A stretch of DNA of 15,838 nucleotides from Candidatus Bipolaricaulia bacterium (GCA_042219045.1 JBDGQO010000027.1:1-15838), one strand, 5' to 3'. Numbered from the stretch's first letter, positions 9,247 through 15,838 are shown. Notes: generated from the letters alone by a model not told the origin. Numbers and translations are program-made.

Positions 9247-10015
9247 TCGGGGTCACCTCCCGCAGGATCGCATCGGTCAAACCGTCAATCGTGTGCACCT
9301 CGGCCACGATGTCGACATCGACGCCCAGCTCCCGAACGACCTCGGCCGTGATCGGGCCGATGCACGCCACAGTCACGCCATCCAACCGCGAGCGCTCGGC
9401 GCCGAGCGCCTCGATGAACGCCCGCGCCGTCGAGCCGCTCGTGAACGTGGCGACGTCGATGCCGCCGTCGAATAACTCGTCAATATCGTCCGCGCCCAGC
9501 GAGCGATGCTCGGTCCGGTAGGCCGTGACCTCCTCGACCCGAGCGCCACGCTCGGCCAGCTGGTGCCGCAGGTCCTCGCGGGCGATGTCGGCCCGCAGCA
9601 ACAGAAACGACGCCCCCGCAACGTCGGCAAGCTCGTCGGAAATGGCGTCGGCAATAAATCGCGACGGGACGAAATCCGGCTCCACGCTGTGAGATCGCAG
9701 CGCTCGGGCGGTGGACGGCCCAATGACGGCGATCTGCGCGTTCGTCAGCTCCGCGCTCGAGCCCCCGAGCGCCTCCAGGCGCTCCATCGTGAACCGCACG
9801 CCGGCCGGACTCGTGAAGACGATCCAGTCGTAGCTCGACAGGCGCCCGAGCGCCCCGTCCATCTCGGCCCAGTCGGCCGGCGGCACCAGCGCGATCGTCG
9901 GCCGGATCACGGGCTCGGCGCCCAGGGACGCCAACTTCCGCGCAAAAACCTCGGCCCGCTCACGCGGGCGGGTCACCAGAACGCGGCGTCCCTCCAGAGG
10001 GGGTTCCCGAGTCAT
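9215..10015 (-). CDS. hemD: Uroporphyrinogen III synthase (266 aa)
   Basis: [52 protein letters not shown] 10015 overlaps the hemA-hemC stop (ATGA). Confidence 0.92.
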   Translation of the reverse strand: MTREPPLEGRRVLVTRPRERAEVFARKLASLGAEPVIRPTIALVPPADWAEMDGALGRLSSYDWIVFTSPAGVRFTMERLEALGGSSAELTNAQIAVIGPSTARALRSHSVEPDFVPSRFIADAISDELADVAGASFLLLRADIAREDLRHQLAERGARVEEVTAYRTEHRSLGADDIDELFDGGIDVATFTSGSTARAFIEALGAERSRLDGVTVACIGPITAEVVRELGVDVDIVAEVHTIDGLTDAILREVTPSARDQDQARV

Positions 10016-12357
10016 TGGAGGGCCTCCTTCAGGATCTCGTCCGCGCCGGCGTTCCAGAGCGTCGTGCCGAGGTGCCAGCCGATCTGGGGCGCGTGGTCCG
10101 GATGGCCTTCGATCGCGTCGCGCAGCACCGTCTGGCCGTCGAGGCTGGCGACCAGCCCGGTCACCACCAGCTTCCCGTCCGCGATGCGGCCGTACGCCGC
10201 AATCGGCATGCGGCAGCCGCCGCCCAGTGCGGCCAGACACGACCGCTCGGCCACGACCGCCGCGTGCGTCGTGGGATCGTCGATGGCGCCGAGGATCTCC
10301 TGCACGGCCTCGTCGTCCGCGCGCGCCTCCAGGGCCAGCGCGCCCTGGGCGGGCGCGGGCAGCACCTGCGTCGGGTCGAGGAACTGGCTGACAACGTCCA
10401 GCCGATCGAGGCGTGCCAGGCCGGCCGCCGCCAGCACGATCGCGTCGACGACGCCGTCTGTCAGCTTCTGGAGCCGGGTGTCGACGTTGCCCTGGATGAA
10501 CGTCGTCGCCAAGTCGGGACGTCGGGCCAACAGCTGGGCCGCCCGGCGCGGGCTCCCCGTCCCGACCGTCGCGCCGGAGGGCAAGCCGTCCAGCGTCGTG
10601 CCGTCGCGGGTGATGAGCACGTCGCGCGGGTCGGCCCGCTCGGGCACCGCCACGATGCGCAGATCCGCCGGCGTCTCCGTCGGGAGGTCCTTGTGGCTGT
10701 GGACGGCCACGTCGATCTCGCCGTCGTCGAGCGCCCGTTGGAGCTCCGTCACGAACGCGCCCACGTCGCCGACCTGGCCCCGATCGCCGCGGGTCTTGAC
10801 GATCTCGGTCTTGGGGGCGAGGCCCGGGTGGCGCGCCCGCAACGCGGCAATGACGTGGTTCGTCTGCGTCCGGGCAAGCGTGCTGCCGCGCGTGCCGAGC
10901 ACGAGCTCGCGCTTGGGGCCGCCGTCGGAGCGCGCACGAGAGAGACCATCGGGGGATGCGTCCGTCTGGGACGGGCCGTCGACGTCGTTCAGTTCGGCCA
11001 TCTCCGCCTGCAGCGACGGGTCGAAGTGCGGGTGGTCGACGTCGTCCAGCTCGAAGAGCTCCCGGGCGACCGTGAACGGCTCGCACGTCTCGGAGCGCTC
11101 CGCCAGCGCCTTCAGCTGGACCGTCGGCGTGTGGAGCCACTTGTTCATCATGCGGTGCGTGAGCGCCTGCAGCGTCTCCTCCTGGTCCTCGCTGAGCGGG
11201 CCGAGCTTGGAACGGGCCCACGCGAGCTCGTGCTGGCGAATCTCCTCGGCTTGATGGCGCAGCGACTTGATGAGCGGGATCGCCCGACGCTGGCGCAACC
11301 AGCTCATGAACGCCTCGGTCTCCTCCTCGACGATCCGCTCGGCGTCGGGAACGGCCGAGGCGCGCTTCTGCTGGCTGGCGTCCTTGACGGCCTTCAGGTC
11401 ATCCAGGTCGTGGATGTGAGCGTTCGGCACGTCGCGGATCTGGGGATCCAGCGTGCGCGGCACGGCCAGGTCGACGAGCAGGAGCGGGCGGCCGCGGCGC
11501 TCGTTCATAACCGCCTCGACTTGCTCCGAGGTGACGACGTAGTCCTTGCCCGGCGCGGTGGCGCTGATCAGGACGTCGGTGGTGGAGAGAACGTCCGGCA
11601 GCTCGTCCGCGCCCGTGGCTTGGCCGCCGAACTCCGCGGCCAGCTCCGTCGCTCGCTCGCGGGAGCGACTGGCGATCCGAACGTCGCGCATGCCGTTTTT
11701 GTGGAGCTGGCGGGCGACGAGCTCGCCCATCTCGCCGGTGCCCAACAGCATCGCCGAGGCCTGGCCGAAGTCGGGATGGATCTGCGCGGCGAGATCGACG
11801 GCCACGGAGCCGAGCGACGCCGGATGGCGCCCCAGGTCGGTCTCGGTGCGGACGCGCTTGCCCACCTGGATGGCCCGCCGGAAGAACGTGTCGAACAGGG
11901 GCCCGAGCGCGTCGGCGTCCCGAGACCGGTCGTAGGCGTCGCGGATCTGGCCCAGGATCTGGGGCTCCCCCAAAACTTGGGACTCCAAGCCGGCGGCCGT
12001 GGCAAACAGATGCCGCACCGCCTCCCGATTCTCGTAGACGTTCAGGTGGCGCCGCAGTTGGGCCGGGACCGACCCCTGTCGGCCCGCGAGAAAGCGCGCC
12101 AGCGGTTCGGCACAGCCGCCCACCGCGTAGAGCCCGGTCCGGTTGCACGTGGAGAGGATCGCGGCTTCGCCGAATTGGGCGCGCGAACAGCGATCGCAGT
12201 CCTCGTCGCATCCCAGGTGCAGAATGGGGATCGTGGCGAGGCCGTGCCCCTGGAGGAGCTGGCCGAGCGTATCGGGGATGTCATGGGCGTCAAGGCTCAG
12301 CTGTTCGCGCAGCTTCAGCGGCGCGGCCTTGTGGTCGATCTCCACGCTCACGATCAT
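10012..12357 (-). CDS. hemA-hemC: Fused glutamyl-tRNA reductase (HemA, about 11047-12357) and hydroxymethylbilane synthase (HemC, about 10012-10914); 781 aa
   Basis: HemA: HKAAPLKLRE, LSTCNRT, GLESQVLGEPQILGQ, GTGEMG, DLAVPR, DLDDL, NKWLHTPT. HemC: LGTRGSTLARTQ, DVAVHSHKDLP, VGTGSPRR, GNVDTRL, PAPAQGALALE, GGCRMPI. One uninterrupted frame; AAGGAG RBS before ATG 12357. Confidence 0.92.
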   Translation of the reverse strand: MIVSVEIDHKAAPLKLREQLSLDAHDIPDTLGQLLQGHGLATIPILHLGCDEDCDRCSRAQFGEAAILSTCNRTGLYAVGGCAEPLARFLAGRQGSVPAQLRRHLNVYENREAVRHLFATAAGLESQVLGEPQILGQIRDAYDRSRDADALGPLFDTFFRRAIQVGKRVRTETDLGRHPASLGSVAVDLAAQIHPDFGQASAMLLGTGEMGELVARQLHKNGMRDVRIASRSRERATELAAEFGGQATGADELPDVLSTTDVLISATAPGKDYVVTSEQVEAVMNERRGRPLLLVDLAVPRTLDPQIRDVPNAHIHDLDDLKAVKDASQQKRASAVPDAERIVEEETEAFMSWLRQRRAIPLIKSLRHQAEEIRQHELAWARSKLGPLSEDQEETLQALTHRMMNKWLHTPTVQLKALAERSETCEPFTVARELFELDDVDHPHFDPSLQAEMAELNDVDGPSQTDASPDGLSRARSDGGPKRELVLGTRGSTLARTQTNHVIAALRARHPGLAPKTEIVKTRGDRGQVGDVGAFVTELQRALDDGEIDVAVHSHKDLPTETPADLRIVAVPERADPRDVLITRDGTTLDGLPSGATVGTGSPRRAAQLLARRPDLATTFIQGNVDTRLQKLTDGVVDAIVLAAAGLARLDRLDVVSQFLDPTQVLPAPAQGALALEARADDEAVQEILGAIDDPTTHAAVVAERSCLAALGGGCRMPIAAYGRIADGKLVVTGLVASLDGQTVLRDAIEGHPDHAPQIGWHLGTTLWNAGADEILKEALQ

Positions 12358-12379
12358 CCGGTCTCGCTCCTTTCCGCGG

Positions 12380-12436
12380 TTCGACTGTCCGGTCGGATTT
12401 CGACCCAAAAATTGAATTCCGACCTTACGGTCTAAA
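12380..12436. promoter_or_regulatory. Two pseudo-palindromic GAC-N6-GTC operator sites in the hemA-hemC leader (putative TetR operators)
   Basis: TTCGACTGTCCGGTCGGA (12380-12397) and TTCCGACCTTACGGTCTA (12417-12434). Related sites at 13167-13185 and 13334-13351. Confidence 0.6.
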
Positions 12437-12497
12437 ATAGGCCCGGCGGCCGACCGTCACAATGACGAAGGTCATCTTAACATTTGATCCGGCTCAG
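12434..12497 (-). promoter_or_regulatory. Putative sigma70 promoter of the hem operon with tandem FNR/CRP-like boxes
   Basis: Minus strand TTGTGA (12462-12457), 17 nt, TATTTT (12439-12434). Palindrome ATGAC-GAAG-GTCAT at 12462-12475 (about -41.5) and TTGAT-CCGG-CTCAG at 12484-12497 (22 bp further upstream). Confidence 0.6.
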
Positions 12498-12549
12498 GCC
12501 CATGCGGTGGGCCAATAACGGGATTCGGGCGAGTCCGGTCGGACAACGC

Positions 12550-12577
12550 ACACGGCGGAGTCAGGGCTCCGCCGTGT
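12550..12577 (-). terminator. 11-bp perfect hairpin after the cytochrome gene (terminator or processing/stability element)
   Basis: ACACGGCGGAG-TCAGGG-CTCCGCCGTGT, 26 nt past the cytochrome stop. Only a weak U-rich tail (GCGUUGU) on the minus strand. Confidence 0.55.
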
Positions 12578-12603
12578 CGACCATTGGCAGCTTGGGGTTG
12601 GGC

Positions 12604-13155
12604 TCAGTTCGCGTGGCAGGACGTGCAGAACTCGGCCTTCTGGCCTTCGGTGTCCTGAGCGCTCGGGTGTTGGGCGACGACGCCGAGGTTGTGGCAGCGG
12701 GCACAGAAGCTGGCCGGTTCGTCCCCGTCGAGCGGCACCTCGCCCGCGGTGTGGCAGGTGGCGCAGAACTGGCCGCCTTGTTGGCCCTGAGTGACGTTGT
12801 GGGTTGCGGTCTTGCCGTTGTGTTGTAGCCGATGGCACTCCGCGCAGTCACTGGAGGTCCAATCCATGTCGATCGTGTGCGGCGGGTCCGGTGCGGGCTT
12901 CACCACGGGTTGATTCGCGGCAAACCGGACGTGCAAGTTGACGTGACAGCTGTTGCAGAACGAGGTCTGGTCCTGAGGCGGCTGCTCCATGGACTGGTGG
13001 CATTGCCAACAGGTTGCGGCATCGCGATTCGGGTCCACCGGCACGGGGTGGTTATCCGGCACGGGCGGCGGGGATTGCGCAATCGCGACGATGGTCAAAC
13101 CGGCGATCGCGAGCAGGGCCATGGTTGCGAGGACGAGCTTCTTGCGTTTCACCAT
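12604..13155 (-). CDS. Exported six-heme c-type cytochrome (183 aa)
   Basis: Six CXXCH motifs (CWQCH, CNSCH, CAECH, CATCH, CARCH, CTSCH). Sec-type signal MVKRKKLVLATMALLAIAGLTIVAIA-Q. AGGAGG RBS 5 nt before ATG 13155. Confidence 0.9.
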   Translation of the reverse strand: MVKRKKLVLATMALLAIAGLTIVAIAQSPPPVPDNHPVPVDPNRDAATCWQCHQSMEQPPQDQTSFCNSCHVNLHVRFAANQPVVKPAPDPPHTIDMDWTSSDCAECHRLQHNGKTATHNVTQGQQGGQFCATCHTAGEVPLDGDEPASFCARCHNLGVVAQHPSAQDTEGQKAEFCTSCHAN

Positions 13156-13166
13156 CGTCACCTCCT

Positions 13167-13248
13167 TTCCGAGGATTGCGGTCTATTCTAGACAGGCACG
13201 TCCGTTATCGACATGATGTCCATCAGATCCCGGATTGAGATGGATCAT
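13167..13248 (-). promoter_or_regulatory. Putative cytochrome promoter with tandem FNR/CRP-like boxes and an operator
   Basis: Minus strand TGTCGA (13213-13208), 17 nt, TAGAAT (13190-13185), then AGACCGCAATCCTCGGAA. Boxes ATGAT-GTCC-ATCAG (13213-13226, about -41.5) and TTGAG-ATGG-ATCAT (13235-13248). Confidence 0.6.
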
Positions 13249-13293
13249 GCCGCGCGAAGGGAGGGGGCATCGCAATCTGGATAATCCGATGCG

Positions 13294-13351
13294 TTGATCT
13301 CGATCATGGACGAGGCCGATCGCCGCCCGTATACTGACCGGCCAGTCGGAA
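13294..13351 (+). promoter_or_regulatory. Putative tetR promoter with an FNR-like box and a likely autoregulatory operator
   Basis: TTGAT-CTCG-ATCAT (13294-13307, one mismatch to the FNR consensus, about -41.5). TGGACG (13307-13312), 17 nt, TATACT (13330-13335), directly followed by GACCGGCCAGTCGGAA (13336-13351). Confidence 0.65.
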
Positions 13352-13372
13352 CCCGAATCGGCGGTCGAGACC

Positions 13373-13981
13373 ATGGGAGTCTCCGAACGACGCGAACAAG
13401 AGCGCCACGAGCGCACCCAGCGTATCCTGGAGGCCGCGCTGCGGGTCTTCGCCCGCGAGGGCCTGCGCCCGGCGACGATCGAAGCCATTGCGGGCGAGGC
13501 CCAGCTCGGCAAGGGGACGATCTACTACTACTTCTCCTCCAAGGAAGCGCTTCTGGAGGAACTGGTCGCCAACCTCTCCGACGAATACTTCCGCGGGCTC
13601 CTGGCCGGCGCGTCCGGGCATGCGACGCCCCTGGCCATCGCACAGGGCATCGTCGAGCGGCTCATCGAGCACTATCGCGGGAAACCCGAGCTGTTCCGCG
13701 TCATCCACATGGTGTTGGGCGAGCCCGAGCCCCGTCCGCAGAAGGCGCTGGAGGCGTTTGTCGACTCCCACCTGAGCTGGATCGAGAACCTCAAAGACGA
13801 GACGGCCGAGGTGCTCCAGGCTCACGGCGTTCCCGAGGACGCCTTCCTCTATCTCGTCAGCACGTTCAGCCACGGCGTGCTCTTCGAGGCCGTGTCGGGG
13901 CGCGACCCCGATCGGCTGCTGAATGAAACCCGTGTGGCGCTGGAGGCGTTTCTGGCGTCTTTTTCGGGAACAACGTCGTAG
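13373..13981 (+). CDS. TetR/AcrR family transcriptional regulator (202 aa)
   Basis: N-terminal HTH: ILEAALRVFAREG..ATIEAIAGEAQLGKGTIYYYFSSKEAL. Divergent from the cytochrome/hem genes. Confidence 0.92.
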   Translation: MGVSERREQERHERTQRILEAALRVFAREGLRPATIEAIAGEAQLGKGTIYYYFSSKEALLEELVANLSDEYFRGLLAGASGHATPLAIAQGIVERLIEHYRGKPELFRVIHMVLGEPEPRPQKALEAFVDSHLSWIENLKDETAEVLQAHGVPEDAFLYLVSTFSHGVLFEAVSGRDPDRLLNETRVALEAFLASFSGTTS

Positions 13982-14059
13982 CACCGACAGCGACCGGCTG
14001 ACGGCGCAGATTACCCACGGCGTCGGTAGGCTTGCCCGTGACGAGGCCTCGCTTGTCGG

Positions 14060-15838
14060 TTATGGCAGCTCCCCCAGCTCCGCTAAGACGTTCGCGCGCC
14101 GCTCTTCCACGTCCGCCAACAGTTGCTGGAACCGCGCCTCGCCGCGCAGCGGTTCAAGGAACGGATCATGCTCGCTCAGAAAGGGATGGTTGAGGAAGCC
14201 GCAGTCGACCGCGTGCTCCAGCCAGCGATAGGCTTGGTCCTTGTCGCCCAGGAGGGCGTAGGCGTCGGCCATCAGATGGGAGAATTGGGCATCTTGTGCT
14301 GATATGGTCATCAACTCCGGGGTCACGCAGGTCAGTGCTTCATCATTATTCCCTTCGATGACCTCCTTGAAGAAGCGTCCGAACAGGGCAAAGAAATCTT
14401 GAGACGTTTGGGTTTCATATTCGTCAAGTCTGGCCGAAGCTTCGGCAAACCGTCCGAGCGCGGCCAGCACGTAGGCTGCCGAGAAAGGAAGCCGAAAGCT
14501 TGACGCCTCACGCTCTCGGACAACCTGAAGCGCTTGCTCCCATTGCCCCTGGTAAGCGTGACAGAGTGATCTTGAGAGTATGGGACTGACATCGAGGGGA
14601 TCGATCCGCTCAAGCCGCTCACAGATCCTATTCGCTTCGGGATGACCAAGGGTGATGCTTAGCATAGCGCTAAGCCAAAAGAGTGTGTCCGGGTCATTCG
14701 GATTCTGCCGATAAGCCCGTTTCACATAGCGGGCCCCGGTGATGACGTTCCCGCGATGGACCCCTTCAATTTGTCCCATCAGGAGCAGTCCACGCTCTGC
14801 ATCTGGGTCGATGGCGAGGATTTTCTGGGCGTACGCTTCGGCGGTCTCCAGATGCCCCTCATCTTGGCGCACGCCGATGTTGTGATACTGCCAGTGGGCG
14901 TAGCCGAGGCCGGCGTACACGTGCACGTTCGGCCCCACCACCTCGAGGCTTTTCTCCAGCAGATTGAGCGCCCGATCGATTCCTTCCTCGGTGAAGCTGT
15001 TGATGTCTTGCCGGGCACGCAGATAATAATCGTAGGCTTGAACGTCGGCCATGGGCTCTTCCCCAAGGGCCTCGCTCTCGCTCTCGGTCAGCTGGACCGC
15101 CAGCTCGTCCACGATCGCCTGGCCCACGCGCTCTTGGATGGCGAAGACGTCCTCCAGCGTGCCCCGGTAGGTCTCGGCCCACAGATGGGCGTCCTGGGGC
15201 GCGTCGATGAGCTGGGCCGTGATGCGCAGGTCGTCGCCGGCCTTGCGGACCGTGCCCTCCAGGACGTAGCGGGCGCCCAGGTCGCCGGCGATCGCCGGCA
15301 TGGGCTGGTCCGTGCCCTTGAAGCGCATCGCCGAGGTGCGCGAGATGACCGTCAGCGAGTGGATCCGCGACAGCTTCATGATGATCTCCTCGGTCATGCC
15401 GTCGCTGAAGTACTCGTTGTCGCGGTCGGGACTGAGGTCGGCTAAGGGCAGCACGGCGATGGATTGATCGTCCGCTTGAGTCGGAGGGGCTTCCGCAGTT
15501 GGCGCCGGCGTCTCCGCACCGGATTGATCCTGCCACGGCATCCGGACTTGGAAGACCTCAACGGGATGCTGGATGTTCTTCAGATCATGCTCACCTTGGC
15601 TGACCAGGGCGAGGTCGAGCCGCTTGGCGACGTGATCGGCAACCTGTCGGGTCACGCAGACCCCTTCGGCCGGCGCCAAGGGCTCGATCCGCGAGGCGAT
15701 GTTGACGCCGTCGCCGAAGACGTCGTCACTTCGGTGCTCCACGTCGCCGAGGTGAATCCCGATGCGGATCCGGATCTGACGGTCATTCTCGGCGGAGAGG
15801 TTGTGGATGTGGAGCCCCTTCTGGATCTCGACCGCGCA
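14060..15838 (-). CDS. Class III adenylate/guanylate cyclase + TolB-N-like domain + TPR repeats, 5'-truncated by the window edge
   Basis: Frame is open to 15838: CAVEIQ..IRIRIGIHLGDV..DVFGDGVNIASRIE (cyclase); SIAVLPLADLS..NEYFSDGMTEEII..VISRTS..YVLEGTVRK..LRITAQLID..HLWAETY (TolB-N-like); AYDYYLRA followed by helical TPR-like repeats; DPFLEPLRGEARF C-terminus. Confidence 0.88.
   Translation of the reverse strand, partial: CAVEIQKGLHIHNLSAENDRQIRIRIGIHLGDVEHRSDDVFGDGVNIASRIEPLAPAEGVCVTRQVADHVAKRLDLALVSQGEHDLKNIQHPVEVFQVRMPWQDQSGAETPAPTAEAPPTQADDQSIAVLPLADLSPDRDNEYFSDGMTEEIIMKLSRIHSLTVISRTSAMRFKGTDQPMPAIAGDLGARYVLEGTVRKAGDDLRITAQLIDAPQDAHLWAETYRGTLEDVFAIQERVGQAIVDELAVQLTESESEALGEEPMADVQAYDYYLRARQDINSFTEEGIDRALNLLEKSLEVVGPNVHVYAGLGYAHWQYHNIGVRQDEGHLETAEAYAQKILAIDPDAERGLLLMGQIEGVHRGNVITGARYVKRAYRQNPNDPDTLFWLSAMLSITLGHPEANRICERLERIDPLDVSPILSRSLCHAYQGQWEQALQVVREREASSFRLPFSAAYVLAALGRFAEASARLDEYETQTSQDFFALFGRFFKEVIEGNNDEALTCVTPELMTISAQDAQFSHLMADAYALLGDKDQAYRWLEHAVDCGFLNHPFLSEHDPFLEPLRGEARFQQLLADVEERRANVLAELGELP

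Noticed and set aside
9215..11221. 668-aa ORF suggesting a long N-terminal fusion to HemD (e.g. CobA-HemD)
   Set aside because: The extension is Arg/Gly/Pro-rich off-frame translation of hemA-hemC. The real start is ATG 10015, with an RBS and ATGA coupling.
10015..12435. 806-aa plus-strand ORF, and similar long ORFs at 3000-4997, 4754-5815, 5851-7110 and 9506-11254
   Set aside because: Antisense shadows of well-supported hem genes, as expected in high-GC DNA. No recognisable motifs.
13304..13984. 226-aa minus-strand and other alternative ORFs over tetR
   Set aside because: Shadow frames of a clear TetR gene with no motifs.
14060..14700. Diversity-generating retroelement target as an explanation for the low-GC patch
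   Set aside because: No template repeat, reverse transcriptase or adenine-specific repeat pair is visible in the window.
1..15838. CRISPR arrays, tRNA/rRNA genes, transposases or integrases; taxonomic assignment
   Set aside because: None recognised by eye. Several proteins look acidic, but that is not enough to claim a halophile or name a lineage without a search.

Overview
High-GC bacterial window dominated by a compact, translationally coupled minus-strand heme biosynthesis operon (3276-12357): a hemA-hemC fusion, hemD, hemB, an AhbD-like radical SAM/SPASM protein, hemL, hemE and hemY. No ferrochelatase, hemN/hemF or chdC is present in the window. Upstream lie a secreted six-heme cytochrome c and a divergently transcribed TetR regulator. 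The three promoters here (hemA-hemC, cytochrome, tetR) share one architecture: an FNR/CRP-like 14-bp palindrome at about -41.5, a second copy 22 bp further upstream (weak for tetR), a 17-bp -35/-10 spacer, and a GACCG...TCGGAA operator right after the -10. This suggests a dual-controlled heme-supply plus multiheme-cytochrome regulon. The HemA domain has an inserted Cx3Cx2C loop and a reciprocal Gly/Glu swap at two conserved positions. Downstream are a divergent PdxH-like protein, a long structured intergenic hairpin (6S RNA candidate) before 5-formyl-THF cyclo-ligase, a small membrane protein and a DsrE-family protein. A 5'-truncated aldo/keto reductase and a 5'-truncated class III cyclase/TPR gene sit at the window edges. 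All calls come from manual motif reading; no searches were run.
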